This document shows, in pieces, positions 29,571 to 42,700 of a stretch of DNA of 64,000 nt. The translations under genes and the position numbers were made by a program. Source of the DNA: Macrostomum lignano. Taxonomy: Eukaryota. The DNA is taken from NCBI GenBank assembly GCA_002269645.1, contig NIVC01001459.1:124001-188000 (forward strand), read 5' to 3'. The first letter of the stretch is position 1, and every line of letters starts with the position of its first letter. The notes under the pieces were generated by a model that was given only the letters and a program-made list of their open reading frames with translations, had not been told where the DNA came from and did no database searches.

Positions 29571-30141
29571 CACCCCGCTCCCCACCCCTCCGCGCGTTGT
29601 TGTTGGGAGGGTGGTTGTTGTTGTGGGTTTGCGTAACGTGGGGCTGCCGCCCCCACACCCCGCTCCCCCACCCCTCCCGCGCGTTGTTGTTGGGGAGGGT
29701 GGTTGTTGTTGTGGGGTTTGCGTAACGTGGGGGCTGCCGCCCCCACACCCCCGCTCCCCCACCCCTCCCGCACATTGTTGTTGGGGAGGGTGGTTGTTGT
29801 TGTGGGGTTTGCGTAACGTGGGGGCTGCCGCCCCACACCCCCGCTCCCCCACCCCACCCCTCCGCAACTTTTCCCACCTCTAACACATCTTTTTAGCATG
29901 CTAAAACTGCTTGTAAGCCTTTGGCGACCGCGCAACACATGATACTTGCCGATATGTATCGTAATATTCTTTCTGCACTAACAAATCATCTGTGCCGCAC
30001 TTTCAGCTTCACTCTTACTCTTTAATAAGGTATAGAAGGAAAGGAAAATTAAACAATCAATATTAAATTATATTCAAGTGAAAGAGAATTGAAAATACTA
30101 ATAAATCCGTTCCTGCTAAAAAATTAAATATAAAAAAAACT

Positions 30142-30212
30142 TGGCCCACTTGGGATTCGAACCCGTGTTTAGGCCATTTACAAAGCAACTGCCTTCGGCC
30201 CCGATCCATCTC
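30142..30212 (-). ncRNA. Degenerate tRNA-like segment (pseudogene or SINE head) in unit 1
   Basis: B box GGTTCGAATCC intact; D arm shortened; stems poorly paired. Confidence 0.4.
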
Positions 30213-31996
30213 TTACTTAAGCGAAGCTCTACAGTGCACGCCGTTTATATCGAATATTCCCTATGGTAGCCACTTTTACGATTTTTGCTGCTTTTTCATA
30301 CATTTCTGCTCGCTGCATCGCAGCGCCTTCATCTAAAAATGCGAGTCGCATGTCGTTACAGAGATAACATCAAGGCGCATTCATCTAATGCATTTTTAAA
30401 GTATGTCAACAAATTTTACGCCTCCTAGGCGCCAAATTGTGCATTTTCACCTGTTCTGACAGGTATTCAAACAGGTATTAAGACCTATTAACTTAAGAAT
30501 CAGTTTTCAAAACTAATTTAGTTGCACAGTGCATCCATAGTGCTGTTTTTAGACACCAAAATTGAGTCTCTAGGCCTTGCCAATGCAGAGTTATTAGCAA
30601 AAGTATGCTCAAAATTTGCCCAAAAATAGCCTTCTCAAAATTCGGAGCCAATTTTCTCAAAAATACGAATTTTCCAGCCATATTGGCGTATGACCGGTGT
30701 AACTTCATCTATTCGACTAAACAATATTGAAAATGCAGAAAAATCGGTGCGCAAAATTTCTTATTTTTCCACTTCAAAGTTTGTACCCCAAAATGGGCCG
30801 TTTTTCACTTAACAGGTAAAAAGTACCTGTTAACAGGGGTTTTTTCAGGAGTGTCTTATGTCATTCAAAAGGGCATCCGATGGGCTACAATTTGACGCCA
30901 TACTCGAAAAACTTTGCCCCATTTTAAAAAAATTCCTTAACAACGTCTGATTTTCTGCAGTGCCCCCGGCCTCTTTTTTCCCTGGTTTTCGGGTCACTGC
31001 TCAGCACAGGTAGGTCCAAATGCTTAGAAAATTTAGGAAAACAAATTTCCATATGTTTGACACATCGTGTTAAAGTCTCACCACTGTAGCATAAAACACT
31101 TTTTCAAGTTTGAGGACTACTTTTTTAAAACGTGACCCAATTTTTTGAAAATGTCGTTTTTAGGCACTCTTTGGCACCTGGGCAGGTTATTGATGGCCCA
31201 ATAAGCCAAATCTCGATGTTTCCGAATAGAAGACATCTATTTGAGTAATTTGGTGTAGAAATATTAAAAAATAAAGTTTTTAATCTCGACGAGATAGGCC
31301 TCACAAAAGTGCACTAAAAATTTGTACTTTTAAAGTGCAGATAGGCAGCCATGTGAAAAGTACATTTTAGCCCTAAAAACTATAGCGCATCAAACAGCCC
31401 CAGGTGTTATTGACGCTATGAGGCAGCTCAAAGGCCGCGCTATCGCGCGTCCTTTTCGCTGCGGTGAGGCAAAGTTGGAAAAAATGCCAATTTTTCGACC
31501 TCAAAAAACACGTTTTTTGTACTTTTAGCCTAGACGTTAAAGTACAATAAAAAAATCCATTTCTGATCATTGTAGCGTTCGAATGCCCGCGTTTACTGAG
31601 CCAGCCCGCTAAGCGCTGCCATATTCTCAATCCTTATTTTTTGAGATCAAAGTTTTTGACAAAGTCGAAAAAACGCAGTTTTTGGTTGCCATGGCAACCA
31701 AAACGCATTGCCATGGCAACCAACTATTGTGCATCCGATAGCGCTAGGTCTTTGACACATTTTGGCAAAAACCGTTTGTAAATTGGTCGTACCGTTTTTT
31801 ATTGGCAGCGTTTAAAAGTTGAAAAACGTCATTTTTAGTGTGTGCAACCACGTTACATCTTATCAGGGACGATTTCGCAAAAGTAAGCACCATAGAAAAA
31901 AATTCTCGCTTCGCTCGCCTTTTTTTCTATACTACTTACTGGCTCATCGTCCCACAACTAGTACGTGAACAAGTACTGAAGTAGAGGGATCATTAT

Positions 31997-34900
31997 ACTA
32001 GTGAATGAAGACGCTGTCGTCTTCAAAGGTGGGACGATGGTTTATATATTGTTCGTAACTTTTATGGCCTAATTTTAAATTTAAAAAAAAAACTAAGAAG
32101 CTTAGTTAATTATAATTTAATTTAAACAAAGTTTAAGCATAACTATTTAAAAAAATTAATAAAAATACTTATGATGGTTTATTATGTCCATTATTGTTTA
32201 TGGCTATGACCTATTTATTTAACCCAAATTAAGAACTAATTAAAACGCTATATCGTGTTTTTATATTTTACGGCTATACCGCATTTTCAATTTGATTTAA
32301 GCAAAGTTTATACATAACTGTGGAAATATAATAATAAAAAATATTTTATTAGATTACAAGAATATCCACTCTGCTGTTGTGTAGAAAGGGTTGTTAAGGC
32401 GGTTGTTGTTGTTTGTTGGTTGTAAAAGGGGTTGTTGTTGTTGGGGTTTTTGTTGTTGTTGGGGTTGTTGTTGTTGTTGGGGGGTGGTTGTTGTTGGGGG
32501 TTTGCGTAACGTGGGGGCTGCCGCCCCCACACCCCGCTCCCCCACCCCTCCCGCGCGTTGTTGTTGGGGGGTTTGCGTAACGTGGGGGCTCCCGCCCCCA
32601 CACCCCCGCTCCCCACCCCTCCCGCGCGTTGTTGTTGGGGAGGGTGGTTGTTGTTGGGGGTTTGCGTAACGTGGGGGCTGCCGCCCCCACACCCCCGCTC
32701 CCCCACCCCTCCCGCGCATTGTTGTTGGGAGGGTGGTTGTTGTTGTGGGGTTTGCGTAACGTGGGGGCTGCCGCCCCCACACCCCGCTCTCACACCCCTC
32801 CCGCGCGTTGTTGTTGGGGAGGGTGGTTGTTGTTGGGGGTTTGCGTATTGTGGGGGCTGCCGCCCCCACACCCCCGCTCCCCCACCTAACCCCTCCGCAA
32901 ATTTTCGCACCTCTAACACATCTTTTTAGCACGCTAAAACTGCTTGTAAGCCTTCTGGCGACCACGCAACATATACTTGCCGATATGTATCGTAATACTC
33001 TTTCTGCACTAACAAATCATCTGTGCCGCACTTTCAGCTTCACTCTTACTCTTTAATAAGGTATACAAGGAAAGGAAAATTAAACAATTAATATTAAATT
33101 ATATTCAAGTGAAAGAGAATTGAAAATACTAATAAATCCGTTCCTGCTAAAAAAATTAAATATAAAAAAACCTGGCCCACTTGGGATTCGAACCCGTGTT
33201 TAGGCCATTTACAAAGCAACTGCCTTCGGCCCCGATCCATCTCTCGCTTAAGCGAAGCTCTACAGTGCACGCGCTTTATATCGAATATTCCGTATGTATG
33301 GTAGCCACTTATACGATTTTTGCTGCTTTTTCATACATTTCTGCTCGCTGCATCGCAACGCCTTAACCTAAAAATACGAGTCGCATGTCGTTACAATCAA
33401 AACATCAAGGCGCATTAATCCAATGCATTTTCAAACTATGTCAACAAATTTTTTCGGCTGCTAGGCGCCAAATTATGAATTTTTACCTGTTCTGACAGGT
33501 ATTCAAACAGGTATTTAGACCTGTTAACCTAAGAATCAGTTTTCAAAACTTATTTAGTTGCATAGTGCATCCATAATGCTGTTTTTAGACACCAAACTTG
33601 AGTCTCTAGGTCTCGCCAATGCAGAGTTATTAGCAAAAGTATGCTCAAAATTTGCCCAAAAATGGCCTACTCAAAATTCGGAGCCAATTTTCTCAAAAAT
33701 ACGAATTTTCCAGCCATATTGGCGTATGACCGGTGAAACTTCAGCTATTCGACTAAACAATATTGAAAATGCAGAAAAATCGGTGCGCAAAATTTCTTAT
33801 TTTTCGACTTCAAAGTTTGTACCCCAAATGGGCCGTTTTTCACTTAACAGGTAAAAAGTACCTGTTAACAGGTATTTTTTCCAGAGTGTCTTGCGCCATT
33901 CGAACGGGCATCCGATGGGCTACAATTTGACACCACACTCGAAAAAATTCGCCCAGTAATAAAAATTTTTCTTTAACAACATATGGTTTTTTGGTCAAGT
34001 CCCCCGGCCTCTTTTTTCCCCGGTTTCCGGGTCACTGCTCCGCACCGGTAGGTCAAATGCTTAGAAAATTTAGAAAACAAATTTCCATATGTTTGACACG
34101 TTTTGTTAAAATCTCAACACCGTAGCTTAAAACACTTTCTTATTTTTGGAGACTACTTTTTGAAAACGTGACCCAAATTTTCAAAAACACTGTTTTTGAC
34201 CCTTGTAGCCATATAGAGCAGCAATGAATGGCCCAATCAAGCAGATCTCAGCATTTCCGAATAAAAGACATCCATTTGAGTGATTTGGGTTGAAAAATTT
34301 AAAAAATCAAGATTTGCATCTGTATAGGATAAGCCTCTTTAAAGTGCACAAACGGTTTGTACTTTTAAAGTGCAGATAGGTAGCCATGTCAAAAGTACAT
34401 TTTAGCCCAAAAAATTATAGCGCATCTAAAAGCCCCAGGTGTTGTTGACATTAGGCAGCAGCTCAAAAGCCGCGCTATTGCGCGTCCTTTTCGCTGCAGT
34501 ACGGGCAAGGTTGAAAAACATGTACAAAAAATTGGCCGAAAAATTGCATTTTTAAAAATCAGATGCAGTTTGCTCAAAAATACGAATTTTCCAGCCATAT
34601 TGGCATATGACCGGTGAAACTTTAGCTATTCGACTAAACAATATTGAAAATGCAGAAAAATCGGTGCGCAAAATTTCTTATTTTTCCACTCCAAAGTTTG
34701 TACCCCCAAATGGGCCGTTTTTCACTTAACAGGTAAAAAGTACCTGTTAACAGGGGTTTTTTCAGGAGTGTCTTATGTCATTCAAAAGGGCATCCGATGG
34801 GCTACAATTTGACACTACACTCGAAAAAATTCGCCCCATTTTAAAAAAATTTCCTTAACAACGTTTGATTTTCTGCAGAGCCCCCGGCCTCTTTTTTCCC

Positions 34901-35880
34901 TGGTTTCCGGGTCACTGCTCAGCACAGGTAGGTCCAAATGCTTAGAAAATTTGGGAAAACAAATTTCCAAATGTTTGACACGTTGTGTTAAAGTCTCAAC
35001 ACCGTAGCATAAAACACTTTCTTATTTTTTGGGACTACTTTTAAAAAACGTGACCCAATTTTTCGAAAATGTCGTTTTTAGGCACTCTTTGGCACCTGGG
35101 CAGGTTATTGAAGGCCCAATCGGCCAGATCTCAATGTTTCCGAATAGAAGACATCCATTTGAGTAATTTGGTGTAGAAATATTAAAAAATAAAGTTTTCC
35201 ATCTCGACGCCATAGGCCTCACAAAAGTGCACTAAAAATTTGTACTTTTAAAGTGCAGATAGGCAGCCATGAGAAAAGTACATTTTAGCCAAAAAAACTA
35301 CAGCGCATTAGACAGCTCAAAGTGTTGTCAACGCTAGGAGACAGCTCAAAGGCCGCGCGAAAGCGCGTCCTTTTCGCTGCGGTAAGGCAAAGTTGAAAAA
35401 AATGCCAATTTTTCGACCTCAAAAAACACGTTTTTAGTACTTTTACCTGTAAAGTGAAAGTACAATCAAAAAATCCATTTCGGATCATTTTAGCGTTCGA
35501 ATGCCCGCGTCTGCTGAGCCCACTCGCTAAGCGCTGCCATATTCTCAATCCTTATTTTTTGAGATCAAATTTTTTGACAATGTCGAAAAAACGCAGTTTT
35601 TGGTTGCCATGGCAACCAAAACGCGTCGCCATGACAACCAAACACTGCGGATCTGTTAGCCCTAGGTCTTTGACGCATTTTGGCAAAAACCGTTTGTAAA
35701 TCGGTCGTACCGTTTTTTATGCGCAGCGTTTCAAAGTTGAAAAACGTCATTTTCCTATGTGACACCGTTACCCAATCTTATCAGGGACGATTTCGCAAAA
35801 GTAAGCACCATAGAAAAAAATTCTCGCTTCGCTCGCATTTTTTTCTATGCCACTTACTGGCTCATCGTCCCACAACTAGT
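31997..35880 (-). mobile_element. ACTAGT-bounded element, unit 2
   Basis: Same termini as unit 1; ~90-bp repeats plus (TTG)n; internal 881-bp direct duplication (33701/34582). Confidence 0.7.
33172..33243 (-). ncRNA. tRNA-like segment in unit 2
   Basis: Copy of 30142-30212. Confidence 0.4.
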
Positions 35881-38800
35881 GAATGAAGACGCTGTCGTCT
35901 TCAAAGGTGGGACGATGGTTTATATATTGTTTGTAACTTTTATGGCCTAATTTTAAATTTAAAAAAAAACTAAGAAGCTTAGTTGATTATAATTTAATTT
36001 AAACAAAGTTTAAGCATAACTGTTTAAAAAATTAATAAAAATACTTATGATGGTTTATTATGTCCATTATTGTTTATGGCTTAATATAAATTTTTCAAAA
36101 AACTAAGAAGCTAAGAACTAAATAGCTTAATGGGCTACATTTTCAATTTGATTTAAACAAAGTTTATACATAACTGTGGAAATATAATAATAAAAAATAT
36201 TTTATTAGATTACAAGAATATCCACTCTGCTGTTGTGTAGAAAGGGTTGTTAAGGCGGTTGTTGTTGTTTGTTGGTTGTAAAAGGGGTTGTTGTTGTTGG
36301 GGTTTTTGTTGTTGTTGGGGTTGTTGTTGTTGTTGTTGGGGGTGGTTGTTGTTGGGGGTTTGCGTAACGTGGGGGCTGCCGCCCCCACACCCCCGCTCCC
36401 CCACCCCTCCCGCGCGTTGTTGTTGGGGAGGGTGGTTGTTGTTGTGGGTTTGCGTAACGTGGGGGCTGCCGCCCCCACACCCCCGCTCCCCCACCCCTCC
36501 CGCGCGTTGTTGTTGGGGAGGGTGGTTGTTGTTGGGGGTTTGCGTAACGTGGGGGCTGCCGCCCCCACACCCCCGCTCCCCCACCCCTCCCGCGCGTTGT
36601 TGTTGGGGAGGGTGGTGTTGTTGTGGGGTTTGCGTAACGTGGGGGCTGCCGCCCCCACACCCCCGCTCCCCACCCCTCCCGCGCGTTGTTGTTGGGGAGG
36701 GTGGTTGTTGTTGGGGGTTTGCGTATTGTGGGGGCTGCCGCCCCCACCCCCCCGCTCCCCCACCTAACCCCTCCGCAAATTTTCGCACCTCTAACACATC
36801 TTTTTAGCACGCTAAAACTGCTTGTAAGCCTTCTGGCGACCACGCAACACATACTTGCCGATATGTATCGTAATACTCTTTCTGCACTAACAAATCATCT
36901 GTGCCGCACTTTCAGCTTCACTCTTACTCTTTAATAAGGTATACAAGGAAAGGAAAATTAAACAATTAATATTAAATTATATTCAAGTGAAAGAGAATTG
37001 AAAATACTAATAAATCCGTTCCTGCTAAAAAAATTAAATATAAAAAAACCTGGCTCACTTGGGATTCGAACCCGGGTACATGCAGTTTACAAAGCAACTG
37101 CCTTCGGCCACGATCCATCTCTCGCTTAAGCGAAGCTCTACAGTGCACGCGCTTTATATCGAATATTCCGTATGTATGGTAGCCACTTATACGATTTTTG
37201 CTGCTTTTTCATACATTTCTGCTCGCTGCATCGCAACGCCTTAACCTAAAAATACGAGTCGCATGTCGTTACAATCAAAACATCAAGGCGCATTATCCAA
37301 TGCATTTTCAAACTATGTCAACAAATTTTTTCGGCTGCTAGGCGCCAAATTATGAATTTTTACCTGTTCTGACAGGTATTCAAACAGGTATTAGACCTGT
37401 TAACCTAAGAATCAGTTTTCAAAACTTATTTAGTTGCATAGTGCATCCATAATGCTGTTTTTAGACACCAAACTTGAGTCTCTAGGTCTCGCCAATGCAG
37501 AGTTATTAGCAAAAGTATGCTCAAAATTTGCCCAAAAATGGCCTACTCAAAATTCGGAGCCAATTTTCTCAAAAATACGAATTTTCCAGCCATATTGGCG
37601 TATGACCGGTGAAACTTCAGCTATTCGACTAAACAATATTGAAAATGCAGAAAAATCGGTGCGCAAAATTTCTTATTTTTCGACTTCAAAGTTTGTACCC
37701 CAAATGGGCCGTTTTTCACTTAACAGGTAAAAAGTACCTGTTAACAGGTATTTTTTCCAGAGTGTCTTGCGCCATTCGAACGGGCATCCGATGGGCTACA
37801 ATTTGACACCACACTCGAAAAAATTCGCCCAGTAATAAAAATTTTTCTTTAACAACATATGTTTTTTGGTCGAGTCCCCCGGCCTCTTTTTTCCCCGGTT
37901 TCCGGGTCACTGCTCCGCACCGGTAGGTCCAAATGCTTAGAAAATTTAGGAAAACAAATTTCCATATGTTTGACACGTTTTGTTAAAATCTCAACACCGT
38001 AGCTTAAAACACTTTCTTATTTTTGGAGACTACTTTTTGAAAACGTGACCCAAATTTTCAAAAACACTGTTTTTGACCCTTGTAGCCATATAGAGCAGCA
38101 ATGAATGGCCCAATCAAGCAGATCTCAGCATTTCCGAATAAAAGACATCCATTTGAGTGATTTGGGTTGAAAAATTGAAAAAATCAAGATTTGCATCTGT
38201 ATAGGATAAGCCTCTTTAAAGTGCACAAACGGTTTGTACTTTTAAAGTGCAGATAGGCAGCCATGTCAAAAGTACATTTTAGCCCAAAAAATTATAGCGC
38301 ATCTAAAAGCCCCAGGTGTTGTTGACATTAGGCAGCAGCTCAAAAGCCGCGCTATTGCGCGTCCTTTTCGCTGCAGTACGGGCAAGGTTGAAAAACATGT
38401 ACAAAAAATTGGCCGAAAAATTGCATTTTTAAAAATCAGATGCAGTTTGCTCAAAAATACGAATTTTCCAGCCATATTGGCGTATGACCGGTGAAACTTT
38501 AGCTATTCGACTAAACAATATTGAAAATGCAGAAAAATCGGTGCGCAAAATTTCTTATTTTTCGACTTCAAAGTTTGTACCCCCAAATGGGCCGTTTTTC
38601 ACTTAACAGGTAAAAAGTACCTGTTAACAGGGGTTTTTTCCAGAGTGTCTTATGTCATTCAAAAGGGCATCCGATGGGCTACAATTTGACACTACACTCG
38701 AAAAAATTCGCCCCATTTTAAAAAAATTTCCTTAACAACGTTTGATTTTCTGCAGAGCCCCCGGCCTCTTTTTTCCCTGGTTTCCGGGTCACTGCTCAGC

Positions 38801-39754
38801 ACAGGTAGGTCCAAATGCTTAGAAAATTTGGGAAAACAAATTTCCAAATGTTTGACACGTTGTGTTAAAGTCTCAACACCGTAGCATAAAACACTTTCTT
38901 ATTTTTTGGGACTACTTTTTAAAAACGTGACCCAATTTTTCGAAAATGTCGTTTTTAGGCACTCTTTGGCACCTGGGCAGGTTATTGATGGCCCAATCGG
39001 CCAAATCTCAATGTTTCCGAATAGAAGACATCCATTTGAGTAATTTGGTGTAGAAATATTAAAAAATAAAGTTTTCCATCTCGACGCCATAGGCCTCTAA
39101 AAAGTGCACTAAAAATTTGTACTTTTAAAGTGCAGATAGGCAGCCATGTGAAAAGTACATTTTAGCCAAAAAAATAGCGCATCAAACAGCCTTAAGTGTT
39201 TTTAAGGCTAGGAGGCAGCTCAAAGGCCGCGCGAAAGCGCGTCCTTTTCGCTGCGGTGAGGCAAAGTTGAAAAAAATGCCAATTTTTCGACCTCAAAAAA
39301 CACGTTTTTTGTACTTTTACCTGTAAAGTGAAAGTACAATCAAAAAATCCATTTCGGATCATTTTAGCGTTCGAATGCCCGCGTCTGCTGAGCCCACTCG
39401 CTAAGCGCTGCCATATTCTCAATCCTTATTTTTTGAGATCAAATTTTTTGACAATGTCGAAAAAACGCAGTTTTTGGTTGCCATGGCAACCAAAACGCGT
39501 CGCCATGACAACCAAACACTGCGGATCTGTTAGCCCTAGGTCTTTGACGCATTTTGGCAAAAACCGTTTGTAAATCGGTCGTACCGTTTTTTATGCGCAG
39601 CGTTTCAAAGTTGAAAAACGTCATTTTCCTATGTGACACCGTTGCTACATCTTATCAGGGACGATTTCGCAAAAGTAAGCACCATAGAAAAAAATTCTCG
39701 CTTCGCTCGCCTTTTTTTCTATACTACTTACTGGCTCATCGTCCCACAACTAGT
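35875..39754 (-). mobile_element. ACTAGT-bounded element, unit 3
   Basis: Head-to-tail with unit 2 through a single shared ACTAGT (35875-35880). Confidence 0.7.
37051..37121 (-). ncRNA. tRNA-like segment in unit 3 (variant, most tRNA-like copy)
   Basis: TGGCCGAAGGCAGTTGCTTTGTAAACTGCATGTACCCGGGTTCGAATCCC: A-box-like TGGCCGA, TGT at the anticodon position, and a B box. Confidence 0.45.
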
Positions 39755-42700
39755 GAATGAAGACGCTGTCGTCTTCAAAGGTGGGACGATGGTTTATATA
39801 TTGTTCGTAACTTTTATGGCCTAATTTTAAATTTAAAAAAAAACTAAGAAGCTTAGTTGATTATAATTTAATTTAAACAAAGTTTAAGCATAACTATTTA
39901 AAAAAATTAATAAAAATACTTATGATGGTTTATTATGTCCATTATTGTTTATGGCTATGACCTATTTATTTAACCCAAATTAAGAACTAATTAAAACGCT
40001 ATATCGTGTTTTTATATTTTACGGCTATACTGCATTTTCAATTTGATTTAAACAAAGTTTATACATAACTGTGGAAATATAATAATAAAAAATATTTTAT
40101 TAGATTACAAGAATATCCACTCTGCTGTTGTGTAGAAAGGGTTGTTAAGGCGGTTGTTGTTGTTTGTTGGTTGTAAAAGGGGTTGTTGTTGTTGGGGTTT
40201 TTGTTGTTGTTGGGGTTGTTGTTGTTGTTGTTGGGGGGTGGTTGTTGTTGGGGGGTTTGCGTAACGTGGGGGCTGCCGCCCCCACACCCCCGCTCCCCCA
40301 CCCCTCCCGCGCGTTGTTGTTGGGGAGGGTGGTTGTTGTTGGGGGTTTGCGTATTGTGGGGGCTGCCGCCCCCACACCCCCGCTCCCCCACCTAACCCCT
40401 CCGCAAATTTTCCCACCTCTAACACATCTTTTTAGCACGCTAAAACTGCTTGTAAGCCTTCTTGCGACCACGCAACACATACTTGCCGATATGTATCGTA
40501 ATACTCTTTCTGCACTAACAAATCATCTGTGCCGCACTTTCAGCTTCACTTTTACTCTTTAATAAGGTATACAAGGAAAGGAAAATTAAACAATTAATAT
40601 TAAATTATATTCAAGTGAAAGAGAATTGAAAATACTAATAAATCCGTTCCTGCTAAAAAAATTAAATATAAAAAAACCTGGCCCACTTGGGATTCGAACC
40701 CGTGTTTAGGCCATTTACAAAGCAACTGCCTTCGGCCCCGATCCATCTCTCGCTTGAGCGAAGCTCTACAGTGCACGCGCTTTATATCGAATATTCCGTA
40801 TGTATGGTAGCCACTTATACGATTTTTGCTGCTTTTTCATACATTTCTGCTCGCTGCATCGCAACGCCTTAACCTAAAAATACGAGTCGCATGTCGTTAC
40901 AGAGATAACATCAAGGCGCATTCATCCAATGCATTTTCAAACTATGTCAACAAATTTTTTCGGCTGCTAGGCGCCAAATTATGAATTTTTACCTGTTCTG
41001 ACAGGTATTCAAACAGGTATTTAGACCTGTTAACCTAAGAATCAGTTTTCAAAACTTATTTAGTTGCATAGTGCATCCATAATGCTGTTTTTAGACACCA
41101 AACTTGAGTCTCTAGGTCTCGCCAATGCAGAGTTATTAGCAAAAGTATGCTCAAAATTTGCCCAAAAATGGCCTACTCAAAATTCGGAGCCAATTTTCTC
41201 AAAAATACGAATTTTCCAGCCATATTGGCGTATGACCGGTGAAACTTCAGCTATTCGACTAAACAATATTGAAAATGCAGAAAAATCGGTGCGCAAAATT
41301 TCTTATTTTTCGACTTCAAAGTTTGTACCCCAAATGGGCCGTTTTTCACTTAACAGGTAAAAAGTACCTGTTAACAGGTATTTTTTCCAGAGTGTCTTGC
41401 GCCATTCGAACGGGCATCCGATGGGCTACAATTTGACACCACACTCGAAAAAATTCGCCCAGTAATAAAAATTTTTCTTTAACAACATATGCTTTTTTGG
41501 TCGAGTCCCCCGGCCTCTTTTTTCCCCGGTTTCCGGGTCACTGCTCCGCACCGGTAGGTCCAAATGCTTAGAAAATTTAGGAAAACAAATTTCCATATGT
41601 TTGACACGTTTTGTTAAAATCTCAACACCGTAGCTTAAAACACTTTCTTATTTTTGGAGACTACTTTTTGAAAACGTGACCCAAATTTTCAAAAACACTC
41701 TTTTTGACCCTTGTAGCCATATAGAGCAGCAATGAATGGCCCAATCAAGCAGATCTCAGCATTTCCGAATAAAAGACATCCATTTGAGTGATTTGGGTTG
41801 AAAAATTGAAAAAATCAAGATTTGCATCTGTATAAGATAAGCCTCTTTAAAGTGCACAAACGGTTTGTACTTTTAAAGTGCAGATAGGCAGCCATGTCAA
41901 AAGTACATTTTAGCCCAAAATATTATAGCGCATCTAAAAGCCCCAGGTGTTGTTGACATTAGGCAGCAGCTCAAAAGCCGCGCTATTGCGCATCCTTTTC
42001 GCTGCAGTACGGGCAAGGTTGAAAAACATGTACAAAAAATTGGCCGAAAAATTGCATTTTTAATAATCAGATGCAGTTTGCTCAAAAATACGAATTTTCC
42101 AGCCATATTGGCGTATGACCGGTGAAACTTTAGCTATTCGACTAAACAATATTGAAAATGCAGAAAAATCGGTGCGCAAAATTTCTTATTTTTCGACTTC
42201 AAAGTTTGTACCCCCAAATGGGCCGTTTTTCACTTAACAGGTAAAAAGTACCTGTTAACAGGGGTTTTTTCCAGAGTGTCTTATGTCATTCAAAAGGGCA
42301 TCCGATGGGCTACAATTTGACACTACACTCGAAAAAATTCGCTCCATTTTAAAAAAATTTCCTTAACAACGTTTGATTTTCTGCAGAGCCCCCGGCCTCT
42401 TTTTTCCCTGGTTTCCGGGTCACTGCTCAGCACAGGTAGGTCCAAATGCTTAGAAAATTTAGGAAAACAAATTTCCAAATGTTTGACACGTTGTGTTAAA
42501 GTCTCAATACCGTAGCATAAAACACTTTCTTATTTTTTGGGACTACTTTTTAAAAACGTGACCCAATTTTTCGAAAATGTCGTTTTTAGGCACTCTTTGG
42601 CACCTGGGCAGGTTATTGATGGCCCAATCGGCCAGATCTCAATGTTTCCGAATAGAAGACATCCATTTGAGTAATTTGGTGTAGAAATATTAAAAAATAA

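Larger units (their letters stand above)
27504..31962 (-). mobile_element. ACTAGT-bounded non-autonomous Helentron/Helitron2-like element, unit 1 (carries the 52-bp array)
   Basis: Subterminal inverted repeats GTGGGACGATG (27536) and CATCGTCCCAC (31945). Terminal hairpin GAAGACG-CTGT-CGTCTTC (27514-27531). Long hairpin 31882-31940. No protein-like ORF. Strand assigned by analogy with Helentron layout. Confidence 0.7.

Noticed and set aside
30142-30212. Functional tRNA-Thr(TGT) genes in the tandem units
   Set aside because: D arm truncated, anticodon and T stems mispaired, no proper acceptor stem; kept only as tRNA-like.
27617-32002. CRISPR-like appearance (palindromic repeats, a 34-bp spacer between ACTAGT repeats)
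   Set aside because: Array linkers are identical rather than unique, the 34-bp spacer occurs once between 6-bp repeats, there are no cas genes, and the context is eukaryotic.
29378-40562. Gly/Pro/Gln/Thr-rich ORFs and recurring short ORFs (e.g. MHSASIMLFLDTKLES) in the tandem units
   Set aside because: Produced by GC-rich repeats and (TTG)n, or recurring only because the units are copies; unit 1 has stops in the equivalent frame; no Rep, helicase or recombinase motifs seen.
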